Origin: Azolla caroliniana
Taxonomy: Eukaryota > Plantae > Polypodiophyta
Reading direction: 5' to 3'
DNA: 64,000 nucleotides
NCBI GenBank assembly: GCA_043228905.1
Contig: JBHGNT010000011.1
Span: forward strand, 5,456,001 to 5,520,000
Shown here: piece by piece, positions 1 through 13,287 of the stretch
How the letters are laid out: each line of letters begins with the position of its first letter
Position numbering within the stretch: the stretch's first letter is position 1
Notes under the pieces: model-generated
Told to the model about the DNA's origin: nothing
Seen by the model: the letters and a program-made list of their open reading frames with translations, nothing else
Database searches by the model: none
Program-made: the position numbers and the translations under genes

Positions 1-777
1 TTTTCTTTTTTAAGTGAAAATTCCTCAATGTGCTGTTCATTTTAAATTGAGGTATTGGTAGTCTTTTTATTTCCACAGTTTCCACTCAAGAGACAGATGG
101 CTCAAGGTTTTGTGAGTGGTTGCAAAGAGGCAGATCATGAAGCAGTTGTAATGTTTTTCTTGGTTGTGATGGGGGATCCTCTCCCTAATTACTGCCATGT
201 GTGCTGATGATGAGAGATCAGGTTTTGGAGGTGGTGGTAGAGGTGGCTCTGGTGGCAGCCATGGCTGTGGTGGGTCTTAGCATGAACTTCCATTGAATGT
301 AATTCATTATTAAACCTGTAATAATAATGACTGTCACATTTGCATTTTGTTTGGAGGTTTTTGAATTCTAGTCTTATCCATTCCAGTCCTTCCAAACTTT
401 GTTTCTCATTTGTATCATTGTTATATCATATATGTATACTTGGATTTGTTTAGTTTTTGTTGAAGAACTTTGTAAATGCTACCTTTGGAAGACTTCATTC
501 AATGAATGTTTGATTTTTTGTTTTGATTGACTATCACGTCACGCAATCATGCATGTGAGGGAGGGTCTTGGACCGGGGAGGACGCGAAGATTGGGACATG
601 AATGGAATCATAGTATGAACCATGCGTACCATTCGTGCATTCGTGCTCTCGAATGATTCAATCATTCGAGAATGATAAACACTCTCGAAGAATGATAAAT
701 ACCATACTTTTGGATAAATGGTTTACTATAAGGTAAACATTTTCTCACGGGAAAAAAATTTAAAAAATTGCAAGAAA

Positions 778-1215
778 AAAACATATTACCTTCTCAATCA
801 AAATTTCTGAAATTTCAATTACTGAAATTTCAGAAATTTTGATTGAAATTTCTGAAATTTCTGTGATGAAATTTTATCATGAAATTTCTGAAATTTTTGT
901 GATGAAATTTTATCATGTCTGAAAGATAAAATTTCATCACAGAAATTTCAGAAATTTCATGATGGAATTTCATCACAGAAATTTCAGAAATTTCACGATG
1001 AAATTTCAATCAAAATTTCTGAAATTTCAGTGATGATTGAAATTTCAGAAAATTTGATTGAAATTTCAGAAATTTCAATCATCACTGAAATTTCGTTGAT
1101 GAAATTTCATCATAGAAATTTCTGTGATGAAATTTCTGATTTTTTAGCACAGAAATTTCTGATTTTTCAGCACAGAAATTTCATCACTGAAATTAAAACC
1201 ATATTTCTACACTAA
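778..1215. repeat. Array of palindromic GAAATTTC-based short repeats (subterminal-repeat-like)
   Basis: Dozens of GAAATTTC/AGAAATTTCTG units in both orientations. The block ends ...CCATATTTCTACACTA (reverse complement TAGTGTAG..., reminiscent of a hAT-type terminus), but no matching left end was found. Confidence 0.6.
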
Positions 1216-1730
1216 ATATACCTGAAGGTTGAATGCACTCTGCAGAATCGCAAATCGTTTGAGGCTAGGTTGTAGAGGAGAAGAGAGCGTAACGTTAGTG
1301 CAGAGGAAAAGGGAGAAAAGAGGGAAAAATTGAAAAAAATTGAAAAAAAAATGAAAAAAAATTGAAAACATATTACCTTCTCAATCAAAATTTCTGTGAT
1401 GAAATTTCAATCAAAATTTCTGAAATTTCAATCATCACTGAAATTTCGTTGATGAAATTTCATCATAGAAATTTCTGTGATGAAATTTCTGATTTTTTAG
1501 CACAGAAATTTCTAATTTTTCAGCATAGAAATTTCATCATTGAAATTAAAACCATATTTCTACACTAAATATACCTGAAGGTTGAATGCACTCTGCAGAA
1601 TCGCAAATCGTTTGAGGCTAGGTTGTAGAGGAGAAGAGAGCGTAACGTTAGTGCAGAGGAAAAGGGAGAAAAGAGGGAAAAATTGAAAAAAATTGAAAAA
1701 AAAATGAAAAAAAATGAAAAAAAAAATGAA
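1065..1730. repeat. Local tandem duplication, period 353 bp
   Basis: ATATTTCTACACTAAATATACCTGAAGG... occurs at 1201 and 1554, and the flanking sequence is near-identical. Confidence 0.85.
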
Positions 1731-2736
1731 AAAAATGAAAAAAAACACACACACGAATATTTGCATATCATTCGTGTTCGTTTTCCAACGTATGAAAACG
1801 AATGATATGGCAGACGAACACGAATTTTACGTACTATGAATGGAATTGAGGACTCAAATCTAAGTGGGGACTGGAACACAAGTTGGGATTCCAACACATA
1901 AAGATGCAGAGAGAGTGGCTAGACTCGTCCATCAACAACCACTTAACCCTCCTAAGAAGTGGTATCAATAGCTATAGTAGTCTTTCTAGTTTGTCGGTCG
2001 ATGATTATTGGTTCTCATTGCCCACTACCCACATGCAAAGGGCGTGTAATACATGATTATGGTTCAAAATAGACTATTGTGGAGAGTGTCACATTGTTAC
2101 AACAAAGTGATGTCTCCAAATAAAATGCCAAGAATGTGATAGCTTTTACAAGGTTAAAACAAACAAAAATAAGAAATGGGAGAATGATGGGGTGACTTAG
2201 AGATTTTGATGAAGGTGAGTGTAGTGGACCGTTGAGATCATACCTACTATCGATGGTTACAATGCCTTGATGTTGACCTAGTGTTCTCGAGCCACTTAGT
2301 GCTCCCGTCAATTGGTTGTTAAGTGAGCTAGTGGAATCCCTTCACAAAGCTGTCCGTGCTTAACGAGCTTGGTGTTCATGAAGACCCTGAAGACCTCCGA
2401 AGTAAAAGAAGAGGTGGCGAAGAAGTAAAAAAAAAAACGATATACCTAACGCAAAATCCCCAAAAGACGAATATTGGAAGGAAGAGCTCTTCCTTCTCCT
2501 TAAGTTGACTCAAAAATGCCCAAAACAAAGAACCCCTAAAATGAAGATCTCTTCCCTCTTATAAGGAGAGAGGTGCCTCATTCACATTAAATGCAAAATA
2601 TACTCACTTAAAATTTAAAGGCCCTAGCAAGGATTTTGAACTTTGTACGTAATGTATTAAGTCAATGGCCCTAACCACTAGGCATGATCAATTTGTAATT
2701 GTGGTTGGATGATTAGTGTTGGGCAAAGTTTTTAAC

Positions 2737-3378
2737 CCTTATTGGCTACTCCTCATTAACCTAACCGGAATTTAAAATTTTCAACAGACCATTTTTCTAT
2801 GAGTTCTTGAATTAAAAAAGAAAAAATCATCACATACCAAATCGTATTGCATGAACATCGTATGAAAAGTTTACAATCGGTAAAATATTTATAGCATTTA
2901 TAACTTAAGAAACATAACATATCATATTGAACATTACATATTACAACATCCAACACCATATTGAACATTACATAGAAGTAAAAAACAAATCACCATATTT
3001 ATGAAACAAGATTAAGATTACAAAACAAGTTTAGGGTCTAGCATGGTGATTGATACTCCTTATTGGCTACTCCTCATTAACCTAACCGGAATTTAAAATT
3101 TTCAACAGACCATTTTTCTATGAGTTCTTGAATTTTAAAAAAAAAAATCATCACATACCAAATCGTATTGCATGAACATCGTATGAAAAGTTTACAATCG
3201 GTAAAATATTTATAGCATTTATAACTTAAGAAACATAACATATCATATTGAACATTACATATTACAACATCAAACACCATATTGAACATTACATAGAAGT
3301 AAAAAACAAATCGCCATATTTATGAAACAAGATTAAGATTACAAAACAAGTTTAGGGTCTAGCATGGTGATTAATACT
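2737..3378. repeat. Tandem duplication, period 321 bp
   Basis: CCTTATTGGCTACTCCTCATTAACC at 2737 and 3058. Near-identical spurious ORFs at 2756-2968 and 3077-3289. Confidence 0.9.
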
Positions 3379-4139
3379 TACGAGCTATAGTTGTCCAAAA
3401 CAACCCTTAAAACATTCCACTATAGCGATATCAATTTAGGATCATCCAAACAATGACTTTGTTCTTCAGTTTTTGTATGTCATTTGATATCATAATCACC
3501 ATCTATCATTTTGTCAAATTTGTTTGAGTTTGTGACTCTAGGTCATTTGTCCATTCTCAAAAAGTCATTTCTAACGAAACACTATATCATTCACTCAGGC
3601 ACAAAATGATCGGGTTGAAAGTCAAATAATAAAAGTGTTGCTTCTTCGAAATGTTGGGAATTCTAGTTTGTTTTTCTCCTCTTCTTTCCTCATAGTATGA
3701 GAACATTTAAAAATGTAGCATTAACTTTGAAATTTTACCCTTTATGACTGAAAGAGAGAACAATATGCCCCCTTTTGCCCCCTCAAGATTTAAACTCGTC
3801 TTCCTCTGAATGAAATGAGAGTAAGGTAATCCTTAACGTACAATCACATGATTTCATTGAAGGTGGTTGTGTCTTTTCGGTGCACCTTATGAATGTAGAA
3901 AACAATAAGCCAAATAGTAAATTAATAATATTAGTTATTAGCTTCATATGAAATTGTTTACTTCCTTCTCGGTGGTGGTCTTATAAAGCCACCGCCAACG
4001 ATGTACCGTTTAGGGTATTTTGATTATAATATAATTTCTCTCTCTCTCTCTCTCTCTCCTTTTTTTTTCCTGTAAATAATGGCTTTCATTATTAAAGAAA
4101 AAACACCACCATGACTAACTTACAACAAACTATAGAACC

Positions 4140-7100
4140 CTTCTATCTAGGGATCTAAAGAAAACTACGACACCAAACTCAATGCCACCCTACACACCAA
4201 TTCAAATGGCGAATATGATGATATGTGACCTTGGAGAGTTCTCTCTCTTCCTGGTTGAGATTTTGTGACTTTTCTAACATTGTCAATTGCCACAAAAGAA
4301 GTCCTTTTAACTTTAGAACATATTTTCTCACTCCCACTTGCGAATAAAAAATGAAGGCATTCCGCATATTCCAATTGAACCATAGCCCCCAATACCTCAA
4401 GAACTCAAAAATAATTTCAGAATGAGGCATTGGTTCATTGTTCTCCATATGTGCAAAAACCCAATTGAAGGAAGATAGACGTACTCCGGTTAGAGACATC
4501 CACACTAAACTGATACACCTCCAAACCATCCTTGCCATCGGCTAGGAAATAAATTGATGCCTACTATGTTCCAATTCTACCGAACAAAAGAAACACAATC
4601 CTTTAGTAATGTTTTTAAATTTTATTTTTTAATGCATCCCCCAATGGTAAAGCTCCAATCATAACTCTCCAAACAAATACCTTGGCTCGTAGCATTAATC
4701 GAGAACACCAAACTGCCTTGATCACATGAAGCCACCAAGTAATGGGCTTATGAAACCCCCATATCTTTATAACCCTTTCTTCCAACCACTTATGTTTGTT
4801 AATGAACGTGTGATAAGCAACATTTGTTGAGATCATAGTCAATCTCTTATTTCCAACAAACCTCCAATCAAGCTCTTGAGATCGCCCATCTAAATAAGGA
4901 ATTGGCTTATACGAAGATAATATTTGCTGCAACTTATCCCAAATAAAGGTATAACCTTTTGGAATACGAAATGTTGATCTGATTGTTCGAAAAGCCATTA
5001 ATCTTCTTTGTGACACCAACATAACATCCTTAATTGTTACCAAACCCAATCTAGCCATCCGATTAAATTGAAGGTTAAAAATTTGCTTACCTTCCCACTT
5101 CAATAACCTTGATGTCGCCAAAACCTCCATTTGTAATGAATTGGCACATCCCCTTTCTTGTGGGGGATGCCATTCCACAAAATCTAAAATACTTTGCCAT
5201 GATGTCAACAAATGATCAACTATCATAGACCCCGCACATTTGACATCCCTATCAGAATTACTACATTCCACCAATTTGCTTTCAACCTTCATGTTTCCAA
5301 GCTTTATTATGTTCTTCTCTATAAAGTATGCCACCATTTCTGTTCAAGGTTGTACACCTTCAAACATAAATCGAATGAAAGTAAATCGACGAGCCACCAT
5401 ATGCTCATATAGATTTAATATTGATGCCCCACCAAGACGCTTCGGAGTACAAACATGATCCCATGCCAACCACGACAAGGCACTTTTCCCTTTTCTTTTC
5501 CATAACAACATTCGCATCGAGCGTGTCAATATTTCAAGAGCTTTCTTTGACCATGGGAGCAAAGGAAGATAATAAGATACCATAGAGATCATAATCGATT
5601 GGACCACCTTAAGTCGTACATGAAAAGGCCAAATTTGAGACCTCCAATACATAAACTTATCCTCCAACCTTTTGGACACCCACTCAATAAGTTTCACACG
5701 AGAAATTTCCACCCCAATTGGATATCCAAGGTGACGAAAAATCATACCACGATGTACTATCCTTCCTGACCACCCCAACCCCAACACATCTTGTTCAGTA
5801 CATGAAATGAGGATAGATTTATGTATATTAATTCTCAACCCTGAAGCATTTGAAAACAATTCCCACACATCTCTTGTCTTACTAATATTTTCTCGATTAG
5901 GTGCCAAAAACATAATATGGTCATTTGCTAGAGCTTGAACAATACATGGCTTCCCTGATGGCAACCTTAGTCCAAGAAATTCTTCCTCCATAGCCATATT
6001 GTGTAACTTAATAACAATAGGATGTGTCACAATAGTGAATAGTAAAGGACTTATCGGGCATCCTTGTCTAACAGACCTCCGAATAGAAATCGGTTGTGTT
6101 ACTCCTCCATTAAACATCACATGTGAAACTGAACCCTCCCATAATGTGTATATCAACTTAGACATGCGATCACCAAAACCCATACGAGACATCAATTGAT
6201 TTATAAACGACCAATCCACATTATCATAGGCTTTCTCGATATCCAATTGTAGCAACACCAATTCTTGCTTCGAATCCTTTGCATAGTCAATTGCCATTTG
6301 AACATTTAAAATATTATGTAAAATGTCTCTTTTTGCTAAAAACCCATATTGAGCATTATGAATAATAGAAGGTAAAACCTTATGCAACCTATTGGCTATC
6401 ACTTTTGCAAAAATCTTGTACATTCCCCCCATCAATGAAATAGGCCTCCATTGAGCAAAGGAAGATGGAGAAGGCACCTTCGGCAAAGGTTTTATCAAAC
6501 CAATGTTCCAAGAACGAGGCATTTCCCCTGATGTCCACACCTTCTGAAATAAAACCGTAAAAGGCCCCTTTAACTTAATCACATATTTTTTAAAGAGTTC
6601 ATTTGTTAATCCATCCCACCCAGGACTCTTATCATTAGCAAGATGTGACATGACATGTTCCACCTCATCCTCTGAAATATTAGCATCTAATGATTGTGCC
6701 ACATCATGCGATACATGATTTTTCACTCCATTAAAAAATACATCTCTATCCTTTTTAACATTATCATCAATACAAACTTGTACATCCAACAATTGTGTAT
6801 AATAGTCTATGCATTTCTTCTCAATTTCTTGAGGATCGGAACACGTGATACCATTTTCCTCTAACCTTACCACATTAAGTCGTGCATGTGATTCATGAAG
6901 GTCATGAAAAAACTTATGTGATTGACAATTAGCATCATCCACTTCTTGTCCTAAATGATGTAGTCTAGTATGTTGATAATTTTTTTCGGTTAGATTATGC
7001 ATCGCAGAAATTAATACCTCTTGATATCCCAACCACTCTACATCTGTTGGCCAATAAGTTAACAATGAGTTGCATTTATCAAGCAAATTAACTAGGAGAC

Positions 7101-8037
7101 TTAATTACTTTCTCCTTTTAAAAGCATGGTGAATTCCATAATACCTAGTTAACCTCTGAACATTTGCAACAAATACTTCCCACGCTTCATACCCATCAAA
7201 TTGAACATGATAGGCAAATGCATCAATCAATTGACACATATAGGCATGGAAGACCTCATGATCCAAAAATGATGAATTAAAAATCAACGATGGTTTTCCT
7301 AAAAACTCATGAAAAGCTCTAATTGAGTGGTGAGTGAATTCAAAAATCAATGGGAAATGATATGATATAATTGACCCATAAGACACTGAAATATCCAAAA
7401 TCTCTGGTAAAAATCCTTCGGTATGCATTACATACATTTGATCCAACCTACTCCAAGTATCCTTATATTGAGCCGATTGAAAGGTATAACCAGGTTCATC
7501 TCCCTTAATCCACTTCCATACATCCCTTAACATGATTTTAGTCTCAAAATCTCCCCATTCTTGAGCCTCTAGTTCATCCATAATAGAGTGGATGGATGTT
7601 GATTGATTTGTCTCACAACAAACATTAAAATGTCCCATCAATAAACTGGGTCTACCATTATTAAGCATCGAGGTTAGAGATCTCCATAACAACTTTTGTT
7701 CTTGTGAAACATTCGATGCATACACACCAACTAACCAAAGAACTTGCCCTTCACAACATATCTCTACCACAATAAATCTTCCAAATTCATCTGAAACAAT
7801 TACTTTTGGGTGAAATTTATCTCTTATAAACATGACAATCCCAGAATAATCCCCATGAACCTTGCCAGCATAACATAATGTATAACCCTTAGAACAACTA
7901 ATTAAACCAGCATTACGATGATCTTTATGCTCTACTACACATAAAACATCCCATTGCTCACTTAACACAATCCTCCAAACCTCATGCATTCTAAATCTAG
8001 AACACAAACCCCTCACATTCCATGTGGTGATCTTCAT
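4140..8037 (-). pseudogene. LINE 1 ORF2 (APE endonuclease + RT + zf-RVT), broken by stops/frameshifts
   Basis: ORFs 7105-8037 (TWNVRGL, EN), 5344-7086 (KSPGWDG, WRPISL, LDIEKAYD, RQGCPISP) and 4615-5337 (KVFVWRVMIGALP). Confidence 0.92.
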
Positions 8038-9457
8038 ACTTTATTTTTTCCTTTTATTCGAGAAATCTCTTTCTCCTTCATTGCTAATGTTTTTGCCATA
8101 TCCTGAAATAAATCCCCTAAGATTGCATATGAATTACTATGAGAATGAAAAACTCCAGACCCTAATGACTCCTCATGTGAACGAGGCACCGATTTCCGTT
8201 TATTCCAAGGAACATACAAATTACCTAAATATTATCAAAAGATAATTTCTTTGGATAGTCCTCTTGACGAGCCCATGGTTTATTCTGCATGGGATTTGTT
8301 TGTTGAATCTGTGTGCCATTCTCCATAGATACATTATGTCCAACATTCTTATTAGACTTCTTCATCTTTCCAGAAACTATTGACCATTGTCCTTCGTCCT
8401 CTAGAGTCTTTCCATCCTTCTCGTTCACAATTTGTGGTTCCTTTGTTTGCTTTAAAATTGTCAAAGTTTGAATTTGATCATGATTTGTAGGCTCTTCATG
8501 TACCACCTCCACTACATTATTTCTTTTTTGAGGACACTCAGCCATAAAATGCCCCAACACACCACAATGGAAACAATGTCCTGCAAATGTACCCCATTTA
8601 AGCCGAAAATACATAGGTGGCATACCAGAGCATGCAATCTGTAAACAACTTGGCCTCTTTATAGTAGTATTCCAAAGAATACACATCCGATATCGATTTT
8701 GAGCATTAGCACTAGGAGGCACCAAGATCTTTCCCAACTTTTCCATCGCGGACCGTAATATTGGCCAAACCACTGAATATGTGCACTCTACCTCAACCCA
8801 TATGAGACACTCTTGCTTTAATATATCTTGGTATTCTACTAGTGGCCTCCACGGAACAATATGAACCAAACTTTTTTCATAAAAAACTGGCAATTTATGT
8901 AGTAATTTCTCTTTATACTCTTGTGATACCAAAACAACCTCATAAAATCCACGAGGACCGGCATAAATATCCTGAACACAATCAGCTTGTAAAATCCCAC
9001 GTAACCATTGTTTGACCCTCCAAAGGAAAGGTATCTTCCCCGTGAAAAACAATATGACCCCTTTATCACAGAAATTAGCAAATGAGCCCAAAAACTCCTT
9101 ATTATCAATTTCTACCTTAGCCACTTCATCGTCAACAAACTCCTCAGCAACTTTCAAATTCTCCCTTATACAATCTTCCATTAATATATTTACCATGCAT
9201 CTTAAATGTTCCTAATGACTATCATCTTTCTCAATATCATCTTGTCGCATTGCATCAGCATAAGACATGTCATTACTATTACCTCCAATACATCGTTTTC
9301 TTTTACCATCCCCTCTTGGGCTCAAAACTGACTCAACCATGCATGCATCCTTTGCAGAATTTGGAAACTTATCCATATTCATGAAAACACTATCATCCAT
9401 ATGACAAGAATTAGGAAAGAGCTCACTTACAAGTAATTGTGTTGGAGAAGGAGTCAA
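8034..9457 (-). pseudogene. LINE 1 ORF1 (DUF4283-like + CCHC zinc knuckle), with internal stops
   Basis: CFHCGVLGHFMAEC knuckle in 8225-9196; collinear fragments at 9212-9457 and 8034-8219. Confidence 0.85.
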
Positions 9458-9734
9458 AGCAAGCGATCATGAGATGCATGCAACCGAATTGAATTTTTAC
9501 TCGTAGCGTTCTACCAAGACCCCCACATGATATGTGCAGATACTCTTTAGAAATCCCTCCGCGCAAGCTTCAAAACGAGCCAAAGAACAAAGGAAACGGA
9601 CACCGTAGCAAGAAGATACATCAAAAATAGTGTTTTTCCTTCTCCAACATCTCCCAACTTTGTGTTTTTCGGCCCCCTTCTCTCTCTCTCTCTTCTCCTT
9701 TTCTTTCTATCTCTCTTTCTCGTCTTTTCCTACG

Positions 9735-9747
9735 TGGTATTAGAGCC
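9735..9747 (+). promoter_or_regulatory. Primer-binding site (tRNA-iMet) of copia A
   Basis: TGGTATTAGAGCC, one mismatch to the TGGTATCAGAGC consensus, directly after the LTR end. Confidence 0.85.
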
Positions 9748-9959
9748 AATGACCTATAACCTAATAGCCTAATAGCCTAATAGCCTAATAGCCTATGCCT
9801 TTCTAAAATCACAAAAACACATGCCCTTATCATAATTTAACCTTTATGCCCATACAAAAGGAATCATATTCGTAATGTCCAAAATCATCAAATAACGAAA
9901 GACAATTTTGTGTTTGATGTGTGCTGATCAGGACAACCCTCTACAATAATCGCACAATC

Positions 9960-12900
9960 TATGTCGTCATCGCAACTCAACATGTGAAAATTTACGATCG
10001 AGAAATTATCAAACACATTATCGAATATGGAAGGCAAGATTAGAATTACTCTTTAAATATAATAACTTATGGGATATAATTTCAGGATCGTCAACAAAAC
10101 CTGAAAAAAGAGAAGAGCTTGAAGAATATGAGGGAAAAACCTCTGCGCAAGAATGGAAATTCTAATGCACGTAAGTGATGGCACCGGAGAAACATTGCAA
10201 AAAATGGAGAGGACCCAAGAAATGTTGACGCATTTGCAAACTATCTACGAACCAAAAAATGATGCCCAACAAGCGCATACACTTCAATTGCTCGTTAATT
10301 ACAAAATGAATGACGAACAACCAGTTGGTGAATTTCTTTCAATATGGCAAAAGAAATTAGATGATGTGTTAACTTTGGGATTAGAAATCCATGATAAATT
10401 ACAAAAGATTCTCCTTCTTGGTGCTCTTCCTCACTTGTGGTCCACTTTCAGAACCACCCAAAACTCTATAAATTGTCCAACTTTAATTAATCTTCTTGCA
10501 AATATTAGGCAGGAAGAAACAATGCGTTCACAAAGGTCTTCAAATTCAACTTCAAGCATGGCAATGATAGCATACAAAAACAAAAGGTTCACCTAAAGAG
10601 GAGAAAGCTCAAAGCCATGGATGAAGAAAGATCAAAACACTAAACGAGGAGGAATGCGGTTCAACAATACCTATTGTGAAATATGCAAACGTACTAATCA
10701 TGCAACAAAATATTGTCGTGCAAAGTCAAATGTCAAGAATTATCAACCGTGGAGGTGTGTACAAGCCCATCTTGTTGAAGAACCGCAGGAGATAAAACTG
10801 TAGGAGATGGATATCAAAATTGGTGACAAGTATGCCGATGTTCTTCAAGCATTCATTGCTGAATCACTTTCCGCTACCACTCCAAATCCAAGTAACGTAA
10901 AAGACATATGGTATCTCGACACTGGTGCTACTAACCACTTAACTAATAGAAAAGATTGATTATGTAATTATAAGGAAGTTGAACCTCCTATCATTGTAAG
11001 ATTTGGAAACAATGGAACTAAACAAGCTATTGGCAAGGGTGATATTACTTTTGAAGTCACAGGAGGAAGACAATTCACAATCAATGAAGTTCTCTATGTC
11101 CTAGGCATCACCAAACACTTGTTATTTGTTAGTCAAGCAACCACAAATGGTACTATCATTGAGTTTCATTCTAACCATGCAATTATTAAACATAAAGCTA
11201 CAAATGGAGACCTTATTAGAACATATTGTAAACGAGAAGGAGGCTTATATCCCATAAAATGCATTCCTACATCTCTCATTTTAGAAGCACATATTGCTAC
11301 CCCAAATCAATCTTGCATATCTCTAACTAATCTTCGTTCTCCTTCATCTCTTTGGCACTTTCGTCTAGGCCATATGCATTTCAATAAAAATTCTAATTCT
11401 AATTTCAATACTCTAAAAACATTACAATGTAATAATCTAGTCCATGGTTTGCCAAAAGAACCTTTTAAGCCCATCTCTTTGTGTGAAAGTTGTATACTTG
11501 GGAAAATGCCCCAACAACCCTTCCCAAAGCATACATCATAGAATATCAAAATGAAGGCATACATCATAGAATATCAACACCACACACACTACAACAAAAT
11601 GGTGTATCTGAAAGGAAGAATAGAACACTTCTCAATATGGCTCAGAGTATGTGACAATTTTCTCAATTATCTCCTCAATTTTGGGAGGAAGCGGTTGGCA
11701 CTGCTTGCTACATTCAAAATCGAGGATTTCATAGATCTTTGGGGCTCCAAAACCCCCATATGAATTATGGCATGGTCATAAACCTAACCTAAGTAAACTT
11801 CGTATTTTTGGTTGTGATGCTTATTCTTTTGTGCCAACTTTTCAAAGAAACAAGCTAGATCCAAGAGCTACAAAATCAATTTTCATCGGATATGGAGAAG
11901 CATAAGGATACAAGGCGTACAAGCTCTACGAGCCACAAAAGAGAAGAATATTCTTTAGTCACAATGTGATATTCCAAGAAAATGGGCTTGCAACTAAGGT
12001 TTTTTCTTCCCCTCTCTCTAATCTACCTCCTTTATTACCTACCCCTACTCACTTACAACCATCTTCCTCAACCATCTTTAAAATTAATAACTCTCATATT
12101 GACGGAGCCAACATTGGTTCATCCTCCCACCATTTGTGTTGCTCTTCCCTCTAATCACAAGGCAAAGGTCAATCCTCCTCAACCAACTAACTCTTCCTCA
12201 CTCCAACCTCTAGATGATTCTCTTACTCATACTCCTTTAAATACACATTGTTTAACTCCCTCTAACAATACAAATAATGTTATCTTCTCCACTCCCTCTC
12301 CTAATTCTTCATCCCATGCTTCATCACCAACTTCTCCACCACCAAAGTATTGATCTCTAAATAGTCTTTATGAACAACTTGATCAAATGGAAGCACATTT
12401 TGTGGACTTTGACCATGACACTTATATACAAGAAGAAGATATTCCAACCCTTAGTGATGACACAAATCTATCGGTCAAAGATGCACTTTTTGGATCAGAT
12501 TCTTTCAAATGGAGAAAGGCTATGGAAGAAGAAATGAAGGCTTTAATTAAAAATGGTACGTGGACCCTCGTTGAGCCTCCAAAAGATCGTCAAATAATTG
12601 GTTCTAAATGGGACTTACGCATCAAGCGAGATAGTAATGGCAATCCAATTCGCTTTAGGGCTCGTTTAGTGCTCGAGGTCTTTCTCAAGTGCCAGGTATT
12701 GATTTTCAAGATATATTTAGTCCAACGCTAAAAATATGTGGTTTTCGAATGCTCGTTGCTCTTGCCACTCAACATGATCTAGAGTTGCATCACTTGGATG
12801 TATAAACGGCTTTCCTTCATGGAGATTTAGATGAAGAACTTTATTTACAACAACAACACTTTTTTGAAGATCCAAGTCATTCGACACATGTTTGTTGACG

Positions 12901-13056
12901 TCGTAAATCTATTTACGACTTTACGCAATCTCCACGCATATGGTATCACAAAATGCACCCTTTTCTTATAAAAGTTGGATATCATCGTCTAAACAATGAG
13001 CCAAATATCTATGTTAGAAAAGCCAAATCCAATTTTGTTATCATAGGTGTCTACGT
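9960..13056 (+). pseudogene. pol: Copia A gag-pol, 5' part (gag, protease, GAG-pre-integrase, partly deleted integrase, RT N-terminal half)
   Basis: CEICKRTNHATKYC knuckle, WYLDTGATNHL protease, LWHFRLGH...CESCILGK, WRKAMEEEMKAL..NGTW, ending FVIIGVYV. Many stops and frameshifts. Confidence 0.9.
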
Positions 13057-13170
13057 CATGGGGACTTCACTGTCAAAACTTGTATGATAGCACGTGAGTT
13101 CATCAAAAGGGGTTTTAATTAATCAGTGAGATACAGAATATATATACATAAGGGTATTAATAAAGATTTG

Positions 13171-13217
<47 letters not shown>

Positions 13218-13287
13218 TTGTTTTATTTTTATTTTTTAAAGAAGATATCCTGTCATTAGTATAAACAAATTACAAGATTTTAAACCT

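Larger units (their letters stand above)
4059..9677 (-). mobile_element. L1-clade LINE 1 (decayed), inserted in the (CT)n tract of the copia A 5' LTR
   Basis: Poly(T) at ~4059 (poly(A) tail on -). (CT)n on both flanks. ORF1 and ORF2 fragments as listed below. Confidence 0.9.

Noticed and set aside
1210-1214. CACTA terminus
   Set aside because: No matching TAGTG end with a 3-bp TSD, and the subterminal repeats lie on the wrong side.
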